Below, in pieces: positions 38,601 through 61,100 of a stretch of 64,000 bases of DNA. The notes under the pieces are model-generated. The model was not told the origin of the DNA, searched no databases, and saw only the letters and a program-made list of their open reading frames with translations. The stretch's first letter is position 1. Each line of letters opens with the position of its first letter. This DNA is from Tubiluchus corallicola (lineage: Eukaryota > Animalia > Priapulida). Position numbers and translations under genes: made by a program. Location of the stretch: positions 1,178,001 through 1,242,000 of the forward strand of contig JAQGDQ010000022.1 in NCBI GenBank assembly GCA_030141605.1, read 5' to 3'.

Positions 38601-41600
38601 GGTTTTTCATAAGCCTACAAGTTTATCAAGCAAACCGGTCTGTTTAGTTGAGATTTTCGTAGGTCACTGTGGGACAGGGAGTGGGTGTAAATTTACCACC
38701 TATGGCACATTGCATGTCTGTGTTGTATGCACTGCAGAAAAAATGTAAAAATGTTTAGTCCAGTTCTCATAATTTCAATTCACAACTGGTTATAGTTATT
38801 TTCATAGTACAGGAGTGGAAAGTTGGACAAGTGTTGGATTTTCATTTGGTTTGTACTAAATGGCATGTATTTAATTGCTATAATTGTCTAAAACTCACCG
38901 TGACCATGTCCCAATGCACAACATAATATGTGCCAGCGTTGTTTGCTTACTGCCTGTCTGATACCTTGCACAGTATTTTTCAGATTATATTTGGAATAAA
39001 TTTTTAAATTATTTATAATGCCAGCAAAATGATTTGTCTGATAATTAATGAGGCCCCATATCATTTAGGGATCTAACTTGGATTGACATATCATTGGTAC
39101 CATGCATTTCCATAATTGAAATTTTGGCTAAATTGTATCAGCCTTTATTGCACAAACAGGTGTTTTTACTGTATTTGCTCGATCCATAGTTAAATATTTA
39201 TGCACAGCAATGTACTCAAAATTATCAACTTGTAAAAGGATACCGACAAAAAGCATTGTACAAGTAACAATTAACTTATAGCTGTGTTTTTTGTACTATT
39301 CTGCTACTTTTTCAGTTTGCACTCTGATACTCTTGTGTATGACGAATGATACAGAAACTGTGTGCATTTAATTACTCAGTTTGCTCAGTTAAGGCACACT
39401 CTAATCATTGATATTATAAATTATGGAACCAAGCATAAAAATTTATTGCCAAATTAATAACGTATAATTTGATGTTATCCCGTTTTACTCATACAAAATC
39501 AAGCTTGCACAACTTTATACCTCACATTTAAATGGCACTAATCATTGTTCTTCAAACCAGTGCACACCAGTTATTGTGATCGAAAATAACTTATTATTTG
39601 TTAATGAGTATTTAGTCAAATTTTAGTAATCTTGCTGGGTTATTGTTTTGGTTAATATTATGTTTCCGAATCTCGGTGTTAATAGAATATGTAGCTGCCT
39701 ACATTTTAAATGCAAACTGTATAATATTTTTTCTCTAGTGTGTATGTATATATATATAATGTATTTAAACTTAAATTTTGTTACAGTTGTTTATCTGGAC
39801 TGTATATCTTTAAAATTTAAGTTGATGTACTTGAATTGGTAAAAACACTGCACCTGTTTTAAACTGTAAAACAGATGTAATTTATACATGTGTAATGTGT
39901 ACAATCGAAAATTCTGTAAAGCTGTAATTTTGTTTACTCATACATAATAGAAATTTGAATGTTAGCTTTCAGGAAAAGTTAAGTAATGTCCGGGTAGCTC
40001 AAGTAATCCGGGTCGTTGGATTACTATGCACTGTAGTATAATTCACAAGGTATTGATTAAAGAGTACATTAAGCTTAAAGATTTATATTAAATTGTGTCA
40101 CTTCCAGGTGCCCCTCATTAACAATGTCCTGTCATTGACAATAACGTTTGCTTATATCACAAGTTCTTTTTTATAAATATACTGTGAAGTCATAAGCTAC
40201 AGACTTTTACATAGTTATAAAAAATTGAAATGTTATAATGTTACACTAAGCTTGCCAAATGTTCATCTTACCCGAGTATGTTTATTTTGGCTGTTGTTTA
40301 ACCGCTGATTTACTGTTATATACTTATGAGTAAACTTTGTTTGGGTCCACTCTGTCATTATTACCTGCATACTCAATGAATAAAACTGTAACAAAAAAGT
40401 ATCACTGAAAGTAATTTTCTCATTGTTTTACGTTATCTGAATGAATGTCAACAGAAAATATTCTCAATTAACTGTTTGGTTTTCTTAGTTAGTCACACTT
40501 TTATACAGTAATAACATTTGAAGAGACCGACTCTTGTGAAATTCCAAACATCACAACACATATTTTTACTATTAGTGCAGGATAAATTGTTTTATTTATC
40601 AGGTTATACATGGGGATAAAGAAGAATTTTATCACATCCATATAACTTTTTGCCCAAGCTAATAAACTGTACATCAAGAGTTACTACAAACTTTAAGTGT
40701 TGCAGGACCAACAAGATACTACATTAATTATGGTAACTGTGGTCATTTTCAAATAAATACCTTGTACAATTAAACATTTGATTGTGTAAATCAAAACTAA
40801 ACTAGAAATACACTTTCCATCACAGCACTACACTGCCAATAAAAGTGGTATTACAAAGTTTTTCTTTCACATTTCATCAATGAGCATGTAATGAAACAAA
40901 TCTATATCAAATGGAAGTAACAATATGATGCGTTGACAAGAATTTTTTATACATCCGTTAATGATGGTGACTGTAACCTGTTTGCTAAATGGCTTGGTCA
41001 GCAAGTGATCAGTCAATAATTAATCATTACAATGGACATTATGACAAAACTGAATGTGAATGCTGCGGTAGTTTTTATCAAGACTACATCTTTTTTGTAA
41101 GATAAATGCCAGATTTGGAGCTACTCTTGAAAAAACCTGTTTCCTTTTTGAGAGCAAAAATGGGTTAACTACATCATATAAAAGATAAATAATTACAACC
41201 TGCTGCCCCCGACAACTCCAGCTTATCACAAATGAGTTTAACACATCTGAAACCAGGTAGTGTCAGGATTCATCAAAAAAGGTGTTTTAGAAGAAGAGAA
41301 ATCCAGGCCAGTTAACTTACTACACTACAAGAGCTTATTATATATTATATACATGCAAGCAGCTGTGATAAGGTAAGCTGATTATATTCACATGCATAAA
41401 AAACAAAATAAATATGCACAATGGATGTGACTTTCATGAAAACATAAATCAAGATAAATATATATATATATAGCAAATATACATAAAGTATAATGATAAT
41501 GATTATCAACACTTTTACATCAACGTCAGCAAACACAAACAAAGTGACTTCAGCTGGGACGTAGGTGAGCAACACAAACATCAAAGAAATAAGCGAAAAT

Positions 41601-42801
41601 TTTTGGTGAAATGTAAAATGAAGAAAACATAACCTCTAGTGCAAAATCAAATTGTTAAACGATTCTTGCAATTCTAAGCCATATTATCATTCTTACTTAT
41701 GAACTGTGTGATAAGCTATGAGATAATATTCAAGTGGCAGCATTATAAACATATTTTACGATAAAAACAACTGGCAATGTAAATAAATTCCAAAATAACG
41801 AGTCTTGATAACTACTTTAGCAACAAGCAAAAGCTGGATTGAGTAACCTAATAATGACATACAATTCTCCATTCGAGCTCATCTTGTGTAAAATTAGCGC
41901 ACTAATATTTGAATACGTATAGATATGCACAAATAGGACAGGGCCATTTAATTAGACCACGACCTACAGACTACTGAACTGTTTGTTTGTTCTTAGTTAA
42001 AGATAGTGGTGATATTGATAGATCTATAGATTTAGGAAAATTTATTTGAGAAATTGATAGGATAGCAAATCACGAATATATGACATTTTATATATTATAT
42101 GGTGGGTATACGAAACTCATTACCTCTAAAATTTATTTTTCAAAAGACTGATAGATATACTTACCACCTAGTTATCAAAGTATGCTAATTATAAATGGGA
42201 ACACATATCAAGTACCCATTAGTGACTAGCAGCAAAGCCAACACAGAATCTACTGATGCTATATTTTATTTTACTGATACATTTTTTGTCTGTATTGTTA
42301 CATTACTTTTAGAATACTTTTAACTACACGACAGTACATGCAAAGCTAGTCTGTTGCAGTTATAAATTCCTTAACACACAGGAAATGTTGAGCAGCTTTG
42401 CTTTTATTGTTCTTGGTAAATAACCTCATTTGCAATACAGACTAGGCAAAAATTAACTGTTTGTTAATTATAGATTAAAGGTTTCTGTTTTTTCCATCTT
42501 AACTGTTAACAGTATAGTCTTTTCTAAAAAACGTTTACAAGAACACAGAATTTTAAAGTTTGATTACTGCTGCCAATGTAATTGGGGAAAAAATACAAGA
42601 ACTTTTCAAAAGCCTTAAAATGGATTCCTGTATAATGCTGAGATATATGTAAATTCTACGCCAACAGCAAGCTCTTGGTTACACTTTGCCTTAGAATTAA
42701 TACACCCATAAAAGCCTTCTATGCAGAGTTGAAGATATTCGTACCAGCCGTGTTTTATACTGATAATTAAAAACGTGAAACAATTGCAGATGCAGCCGTT
42801 T

Positions 42802-51662
<8,861 letters not shown>

Positions 51663-53215
51663 TGTGCACGTTGATTCTTTTCGCTAATTAACTAGATTAA
51701 ACGAAACTAAAATTTCATTCTCAGTATTTTACGTTTATCTTCTTCTAGCTGTTCTCTTGTTGAAGCTGTATGAAATCCGGCCGAGAGCGATGCACTACTT
51801 TAAACAGTAATCTCTACGATACACACCCAAAAACTAGAGTATAGACCGCTTACGCAGTTACATTTCGGCTGCTCTCTTCTATTTAACATAGCTACGCACA
51901 TTTGTTACATATGAATAGTCTTAATGCGTAGAAAACTCTTACGGGTTATGTAGTATATCAGACACACTTTTAGCTATACTTCTATGACGCTAGCACAACA
52001 TTAAATATTTTAAAAACAGGAAAATTTTTATTGATTTAACGTATGTATGTTTCATTATATATATGAGTCAGAAAAAATACTAACTCTTGAGCAAAAATCT
52101 AACAAAGGTATTTGAAAAAAAACATGTATCTTTACAAGTCAAACTGCGACTTTTGTCTACCTAACAGATAGGCGGATGCAAAATGTGTTTTCGATAATAA
52201 ATGGTGCTGAAACTTAAAAAACAAACTATCAATAACTCATTTAATTAGTATATGTTGAAACTTAAAAAACAAACAGCAAGGAACAGTAAAACTCAAGATG
52301 TGAGTTTAAGGACTGCGCATTAGCCATGATAATCAACTGTATCATGCGAATAGTAACATGTGAATCAATTACTAATTAGGCAGTAATTGTGGTACTTTTT
52401 TAAAGTAGGTAACAAGTCTTACAGAAGAAATAGTACTACTAATATTACCAATAAATATAAGCGCTCAAAGACCATCAACTTTTAGCTGATTGAGCAACCA
52501 ACCAAACTGTACAAGTCAATTACATGTATATTATTAGAAGTCCTTGTTACAAACCACATTGTAGCCTCTAATAAGTAAGTAAATACAAGTCCTCATATAC
52601 CGCATAGTGTCTACTGATATTTGTCAGCACAGTTAGTGCAGATCACACACTGGTATGCAAATTAAAATTAATAACGCAATTCTTTTTCAGCCCAAATTTC
52701 TGTCCCTAAGGCAAGACTTCAGCTACGGAAAAACAAACGAGATGATGTGGAATGCTAAACAGAAGCATAAGAAGCCTTGAAATTCTAAATTACACACCCG
52801 AGAAAGCTTTTATTTATTCAGCACGCTACCCACCCTCAATTTCCAAATTCACTTTTTGAAAACGCCATAATTTGTCTACCCTTGTCTATGTAACAGCTGC
52901 CAGTTACACTACTTTCTTTGTTCAAGCATAACTTATGACCAAAAAAACAATAGTAATAAATTTTCAATTTAATGCAAAAGCACAATCAAGACGAAATTCT
53001 TTGCTTAACATGTTTAATTGCCTAATTTAATTATGCTACGAATAAGCTACACTGATCACACCATAATTTTTAAATGATATTATTTGGTGCATTGACTTAC
53101 AAAACATTACACAAATAAAAACAGCAATCAAAATTTTAAACATTAAAATTAATAAAACAATTTTCAGTGATTACACAGTCTATTTACAAAATAAGAACAG
53201 TTTCCTACAAAAGTG

Positions 53216-56200
53216 TCATGTGACATTAAATAAGTCGCCCGCAGAAGGCAATGGTGCCAGACCACCAGTCACATCTGGTAACAATGTAAGATCGGGAAGG
53301 TTTGACAAGTGTGACTTTAACTCCTTCCGCACATTAGTGACATTCGCCAATTTGGTCGTACAATCCTGCAAAAGAAGATTAAAACATGGTAATGCATTTA
53401 CACTAATTTCAAAAATGTATTATAAATTAATTACAATTTTTCCTTGTTCACATAACTATTTGTTGACTAAAGAAACAGCAATAAATGAATTAGTCTAACA
53501 AAGCATATATTTTTACTCTAAATTTATTTTTCATATCTTTGAGCATCCTGAAAGACAAGGTATCACACTCAACGCAAAGGCTACCTAATGCAGCTATCGT
53601 GATTACTTAATACGCTCATTACTAAGACCAGATAAAGACTGAACAGACAGAATAGTCTCTGCCACATTCAAATACAAAGACACCCTGCTTTACGAGATAA
53701 ACAACAGATGAAACTGTCCAAAAATTGTTTTCCTAACAGTCACCCATCCACCTACTGACCAGACCCGGTCTTGTTTAGTTTCGATTGCCAAGGATACACT
53801 GTAAATCCGAACTTATCTAATGTTCCTGCCACCGTTTTTAATCATAACATACTTCATCTGTAAAGCACAATCACTAGCGAAATAAGTTTCTGTCTTCAGA
53901 GTGTCCATTTATTCACACCTTTTGAGATCCAGTAAAAAGCTGGTCAACCTATGCGTACTAATTATCCAAGATGAGCTGAGCTGGCCCAAATAACACAAAC
54001 TATAAATATGCCATATGTTTCCCGCTGCTGGTCTGCTGCCAGGACTATCATATGCAGATTGGTAGGCCTCACATGGTACTTGCTATACAAAGCTTTTTGT
54101 TTTGTATTATCAATCAGCATGCTGTGCGCATGCTTCTGGAATGTTCAGTTTGTCTATGACGATGAATGACTTCAGTGCATACAATTGGAATCACAAAATT
54201 AAGTACAACTGATTAGTCCGGATTTTGTTAGTAGAAAAGAAAAAGCAGTGTTTATTAGTTATGATAAAATGATAATGGTCCACAGACTGCAAATCACAGT
54301 TTCTTGTCTATACGCACAAAGGCGTCCCAATACACATTTGCCTACTATAACACTGTATTAGTGCTCTACATCCTCATATGCTATTTTCAGACCAATTTCT
54401 GCCTAGGTATGCAATAAATGAATCAGTTTATGCTTCTGAAAGCTCTAATACTAGATGTCATCCATAAGTCAGTTTCAGTACTTCCAATGAAGATCTGGAA
54501 ATTCTAAACAATGCACACAAGTACTAGACATATCATTCCGGGACATAATAACCTCCAAACTTCCAAGCAATGTATATTCTTAATACTTGTATAAGTAATA
54601 AAATCTTTCAAGAGGTGCCCTATCTGTTGCCACACCTGCACTTCATATCCCCACAAAAATGGCATCCTAACGGCAGCATTCTAGCTGATTATCATATTTG
54701 CTTACCTTCAATCGTTGCTGAGCTTCCTCGAGTTCTTTCCGCTGGCTGGCGATGAATGCAGTCAACATGCGCGATACATATCTCCTTTCTTCCAATTCCG
54801 CAGCTAGTCGACCATTGTAATCATTTAGCAATGTCACAGCTTCCTCTACTTGCTTAGCTAGTTTGTCAGCTTCTTGTTTATCTAAGATAATGTCGAAAAA
54901 GAGCTGTATAAAAACGCTACCCTCAAAAACTGATTATTTTGCAGTTTATTTATATGTACACTAGATGCCCACAAGTAAAAATTAGATGTGTCAAGAAACA
55001 GCTTGCAATGCTGCAAATAAGTACACTACTGAACCAACCTTTGAGTTTTTCCAGTAGAGATACATCAGAGACTTCTGGCGGAAAAGAAGAAATTCGCTCC
55101 CTTACAGTGGCATCACCGGAAGCTGATTGTTCAAGTTGTTCTAAAGCTCTGACCAGTTCATCTGCCTAAAATAAGCAGTATGAACATTAAAAACAAACAG
55201 GACATATGAACAATAAACCCAATTAGGTAAAATCAATTGGAAAGTTATGAGCAGCTATTTAGACATATAGTTTCGCACATCATTATTTCAGTGCATAATA
55301 TGATTAATAATGATTATGGTTCATGAACAGGCTTGCTAAACAGAATGAAAACCATCAAATTTCACCTTATCTGATTAATGATGTTTGCCTCTATTTAGGT
55401 TCCAAAACTTTTCATAAATAATTGACCATAGATTTTAAATTTGGTTGTATCAAATCGACTTCTAAGGCCAATCAAAAATTTGTTTCCTGTTTTCTGTATT
55501 TTTTCTTTCCAATATTATAGAAGTAATAATTATATAATCATATGACATTGCAAAATATAAAAAAAAATAGGAAAGAAATTTTGAGAAAATAATAACTCAT
55601 AAAAAGATAAAAATAACTGCTAATTTTTAATAAACTGCAAACCAGATTTCATAATTTAAAAAAATGTGGAAATAATAGCTGCTATAAAATACTAAAAGAA
55701 ACAAAACATTAACATGCCAAAAACTTGCATATGCTTCAGTTAATTCAATACATAACCAAAATACTGTTAAACCATAAACCAATCTCGCGATTCAGATGCA
55801 AGGAATAGTAATCTTCCCAAAAAGATAATACCCGACCTTGCATGTGCACACATGTAGTATGTGCATACTTTAATGCAACCTTACTGAGCAAGAATGAAAC
55901 TATGCAGCCAAAAAATGATGTTATCGCCTTAAATAGAAATTTTCCCAAAACATAAAATGTGCTAATAATTGTGCTTGTGTAACAATGAATTGCATGATAG
56001 CTCTTATTTCCAATAAAAGTGATTATAGAGGTGAGACTTGCAAGCGAATTTTTCAAAAATTGCGAAACAACATTCCGTGGAATGTTACCAATATTAAGTT
56101 TTCATATTTATCTAATAATTTTCTGGCACTTATGGTTTTAGTATACATAAAATTATAAAAAACTGTAAGCTTTAACCAAACCAAATGTTTCAAACACTCT

Positions 56201-57742
56201 TCAAAATACCCTTGTTAGTTATTACCCATATCCTCAATACCAACCTCTGGCGGATCAAGTGGCTCCTCTGCCTCCACTTCAGCTTCTGTTTCTGCTATTA
56301 CTTCTTCCAGTTTTTTCTTCTTGGTGACGGGTGTGGGCTCTGTTTTTTCTCCATTTTTTACAGTTGCTTTCTTCGAGTGATGCTTCTTGCCTACATTGTC
56401 AACAAAAATGAAAAATAATAATTTGAACTGACTGAACTTGATTTGAATCAGCGGGACCAAAGAAAGGCTTTATAACACAGCACTAGTGCTCAGACTAAAA
56501 CATATATAGTTTAATGCATAAGACGTATGTATAACATTTCAGCATAAATTTAGCAAATCTTTTCCTTGCGTAAGTGTGGAGTTTAGATGCAGTTTTCGAT
56601 CAACGTTAGTCTTCAAGAGTTGGTTCTGCTATATTTACAATGCTATGATTTCAAGCTACCAAAAACTACAAAGACATTATTATTATTATTATTATTATTA
56701 TTAACATCGCCATCATTACAGTAGATACCATTTATTAGACTTACAGTTAATAGAATCAGCCACCTAACTGACTCAAAAGCATCTGGCCACCTCTATTCAA
56801 ATATACATAAAAATCACCATCTACTGACTCAAATATTAAGACACTTGTACATACCAAAAAACTTTTAACACTTTTATGTCATTTCTACATTGCTTTGTAT
56901 ACTAAAATGTATTTAGAAAGCTAGAAACAATCATGCTAAGTACAACTTGTTTGTAACATGAATTTCCAATATTTTTATCAGTATTATAATTTTATAAGCC
57001 AACTTCGTCCTGCAAAAATGAAATGCTGATCTCGCACGATTTTTTGTAATTATTAGTGTAAGTAAAAAGAATTTAGAAAAACTTATTTTTTTATATTCTT
57101 TTTTAATTAATTCATCTATATTATATATATATTAGTGCTCTTAAATAATTATACACAGGAATTTAAATGGTAATTCATTTCTAAAATTCATTCAAAGCCG
57201 TTGAAGTGTTTGGAGTGTACACTAAGCTAGTGATTCATATTTCTGTGCTAGTAATACTACACATATGGTTTATTCAGTTAATAGAGTCAAAACACTTCCA
57301 TCCCAAAGTGAGTTTATTAAGCAGTGTCTATTGTACTATTATTACATAATTATTACTATTACTATTATTACCATCATCGAAATTTTTCTTCAGTTGTACT
57401 ATAACATTGGAATCATATACGCTTCTCTCACTCCAAATATTGATCAAACGTTCAACAGAACGTAAAGTCTTTTCTTCTCCTTGCTGGCTAAAATAGCTGT
57501 AAAACAAACGATGTTAAAAAGTTGTATAAATACATTATAACAAATTACATAAAGACTAAAAGTTGAAGTAATTAAGATTGCTAACCTTGCGACATGACGA
57601 ATGGCAGCTGGTAACAAGTCCGCAAATTCTCTGTTAAAGTCAGGTCCCTTTTTCTTGCTATTCTGAATAACATCATTAGCAAGATACATCAACGTCAGCT
57701 TTTTAGCTTGTTGGGCTAGAAAAAAGACAATTTAAAAAACCA

Positions 57743-57792
<50 letters not shown>

Positions 57793-60700
57793 ATTATTCA
57801 ATTATACAAAAAATGAAGTTTAAACTGTCCCAAAAAAATTCACGCTTACCAGCTTTTCTTGTTTCTGAAAGGCAACTGTGTAAACTGTAACCTTACCAAA
57901 AGGGCATAAAAAGTTCAATATTAGGTTGAATTTGTGCTGGAAATTTTGCACAATAGTCAATGCTGAGCAAGTTTAGAATTGTGCAGCATCTTACATTTTA
58001 TCAGAGGAATTTTTAACAATTGTAAACACTTAAGAACACTTAATAGACCACTCAAGGGGTGTAACCTTCTCTTGAACTGATAAATTCAAGAAGACAAGGT
58101 CTGAAAAAAACAAGAAAATGTAATAAAGAAATTTTACAACTTTACAAAGAAATTTTAAACAAAAAAGTAAACTAGAACAACATATTCAAGTAAAACACTT
58201 TTACACAAAATTCTAAACACCACATTTACTTGTTTTAGAGTCGAACTTATTAAGGTCCCTCATTCAAACAGTTGCTTATTCAAGCATAGGCACTTTTAAG
58301 TGTTAAAACACTTTTTATGGTTGTATGCTGGACATATCCAGCAGTACAGTGAATTATCATTTGGGCCAAATAAATCTGACACTACACACAGAGGGTATTG
58401 TTGAAGCCAACTAGCTGCCTGCTAGAAACAGCACAACATTTACTTGTACATTTCACCAGTCAACAACTGACTCATCATTTACATAGTATGCATACACTTG
58501 TGGAGCAGGTGTAGACAACATCATGTAAATGTTGAACAACCCTGTTGGATATTCAAACATGGGTGGTTATTATTTTTCCATTCAGTTTCCTCGGGTGCTT
58601 ATTTAGACAGCTCTTAATTAAAAGTAACTGCAAATTTTTATACAGCAAAGTAAAGCACTTAGAAAAAAGAAATGGACAGGGTAGATGTGCTGCAAACTGA
58701 AATACTGAGATGATCTAGGTTGGAATATATTTAGCGGGTGACGGCAAACTTGCCACATGTCCCAAAATCGGTAGCAAATTCTATGTCCTGAGCAGCGTGA
58801 TCGCAGGGTTTGTCCCAAATTTTGCAAAAAACAAAGAACGATCACCAATTATGTGCAATACTATTAATTAATACAGCATACTCCAAAGCTGATGATTATA
58901 ATAATTAAATATTTCAGATAACATGTGTAACATTAGTAAACTTGTAATGTTGCAAAATGATTAATTATAAAAAGCCACTCTGGGCAACAAAAATCTTCAT
59001 TTCATAGACCAGGAAAAGGAATGACAAAGCCTAAAATAACAAGATGGTTGTGCTTCATTAAATAATTAAAACCAATCCAAAGTGTTTATTTAAACATAGC
59101 AAATTTCACTGCATTTTAGCATCATCAGTTTTTTTGATAAACAGGTTTGCCAAAATTATAAATTGCCAGTGCACAACATTAATGGCATTATACTAAGATA
59201 GCATATGGGCTATAGAAAAGAAAGCTTAAAATTATTTTAGGGCTATATATAGGTACTTGAATTGTTTGATTAAATTATATAAAAGTTGTAGGGCTACAGG
59301 TGTATTTATAGCAGCATTTGGAATTTCAATAAAAGAGTAAGCTTTATCTTTAAGCTATTTAAGTTCATCAATAAAGTTCCACATAGAAAACTCATGTTAA
59401 AACTTGCCGCATATGGGATCTCTGGCAAACTCTACAACTGGATAGAAGATTTTCTTAAAGATCGCTCACAATGCGTTCGAATCAACTTTGAGAAATTTTC
59501 ATGGGGACCAGTTAGGAGCAGAGTGCCACAGGGAAGTGGATTAGGGCCTGTACTATTCCTTATGTTCATCAACGATCTACCAGACAATTTAAATCCATCA
59601 GTGAAAATCTTTGCCGATGATACAAAAATCTACAGGATACTGAGGTCAAAAAGTGACTACCATAGACTCCAGAATGATATTAGCCTATTAGACTCATGGT
59701 CACAAACTTGGCAAATGCCTTTCAACATGGAAAAGTGTAAGGTTCTACACTTAGGGAAAGACAATGTAACTCATAGCTACTATATGCGCAACGATACAAA
59801 TCAGTCAGTTCCAATAATAGCAGTAACAAAACAGAAAGACTTGGGTGTTTTAATTGACCAGTCTCTCATGTTTGATGAACACATTGACAAAATATCTAAA
59901 CAAGCTAGGAAACGATTATGAATGATAAGGCGCTCTTTCACCTATATGGATACTGATATGATGGCCATTTTATATAAAATATTCATAAGACCAGTATTAG
60001 ACATTGGTGATGTTATTTGGTGTCCATCCAAATTGCAAGCAGCATGTTAAGGTAGAATCTATACAATGGAAAGACTATCCTTACGTTTCAGAAGAAAAAG
60101 AGGTGACCAAATCATGCTGTATCGTGGCAACGATCTTACAAGAATTGATAGCAGAATATATTTTTCAGTTAATCCATGTGAAGTGGGATGCAAGATTACA
60201 AAGCCCAGATTAGAAACAAGAACAGATTCATTTTCAGAGTGATAAACGATGGGAACTCCGTCACCACATCAGCAGCTCAATTCAAGAAGAAACTATACAT
60301 GTATTGGGAAGATCATCCAATGAAGTTCCTCTATCTGTTCCAGCCTGAGTGGACTTTAAACATTTTTGTCCAAACTCTATGCAACTTGCACAAATCCTCT
60401 TACAGCATGTACTTTGCTCTGTGAAATGCGCTATCCCTATTTGGACACCTGAGATGTGGTAAATCTACTTGTTCATCAACAGATAGAGGGCGCAAACAGA
60501 CTGGGTTGCAATAATTTTATGTTAGATTTTATACAACAGCACAACTTGACCAATCACCCTTCTTTCTTTTTTAGTGTTCTTCACTGAACTTTCTCTAGCA
60601 TACCTATCAATATCATGCTCAGGAACCTTGCATGTATTAACCTAGAAAAACTGAACAACAAGAGTGTAACCCTAAAACCTTTATGAAATAATGTTGCAAG

Positions 60701-60945
60701 AGTGTGGTTTACATTGCTTGGAAAAGGGAGCTGGAACAAAATCCCCGTGGTTGTATTATTATTATTACCATGAATGCAGACACACTCTTCTTACCTTTTC
60801 TCAGTTGCTTGAACCACAAAGCTACTATCTTTTTCGCATGTTTGCGATGATGAATCAACCACAGGGATAAAGTCTGGATGCTTGGAGCAGTGTTATTTAA
60901 TTCCATCAGTTTTCTGACGAACGCATCATCAGAAAAACTAGCCAT
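53216..60945 (-). CDS. RPRD1B: Regulation of nuclear pre-mRNA domain-containing protein 1 (RPRD1A/B; CID + CREPT domains), 331 aa
   Basis: Exons (minus): 60795-60945, 57586-57715, 57372-57487, 56245-56390, 55039-55165, 54706-54881, 53216-53365 (996 nt). Motifs MASFSDDAFVRKLMELNNTAPSIQTLSLWLIHHRKHA, KLTLMYLANDVIQNSKKKGPDF, ASGDATVRERISSFPPEVSDVSLLEKL, YNGRLAAELEERR, NLPDLTLLPDVTGGLAPLPSAGDLF. An in-frame ATG two codons upstream (60951) is an alternative start. Probably co-orthologous to both vertebrate paralogues. Confidence 0.95.
53728..53786 (-). pseudogene. 5S rRNA-like fragment (SINE head or 5S pseudogene) in last RPRD1 intron
   Basis: Minus strand CGAAACTAAACAAGACCGGGTCTGGTCAGTAGGTGGATGGGTGACTGTTAGGAA versus 5S ...AAGCTAAGCAGGGTCGGGCCTGGTTAGTACTTGGATGGG.GACCGCCTGGGAA. 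Confidence 0.6.
57743..57792. repeat. (TA)n microsatellite
   Basis: Directly visible. Shorter (TA)n runs occur at 23102-23127 and 36649-36668. Confidence 0.95.
59370..60330 (+). mobile_element. Degenerate CR1-type LINE reverse transcriptase, 3' fragment, antisense in RPRD1 intron 1
   Basis: ORF 59394-59921 contains GISGKLYNWIEDFL, VPQGSGLGPVLFLMFINDLP, FADDTK, WQMPFNMEKCKVLHLG and KDLGVLID. It continues past a stop as MIRRSF...LYKIFIRPVL and F.FRVIN. Confidence 0.92.
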
Positions 60946-61014
60946 TTTCATAAAAAGTTGTAATATTTCATTACAAACTATTAACACTGCTAACCGTGCA
61001 ATGTTTTGATTTCT

Positions 61015-61100
61015 GTTGGATGTGCTGCCATCTGTTCTCAGACCTACGCAACCCTATGACGTTCCATGCTCATCGCCAGCGACGCCCGCGCAGCTTTCCA
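61015..61100 (-). promoter_or_regulatory. Putative RPRD1 promoter region
   Basis: CpG-rich patch 70-150 bp upstream of the ATG. Includes ACAGATGGCAGCAC on the minus strand (61022-61035), which resembles a CTCF core. Confidence 0.35.
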
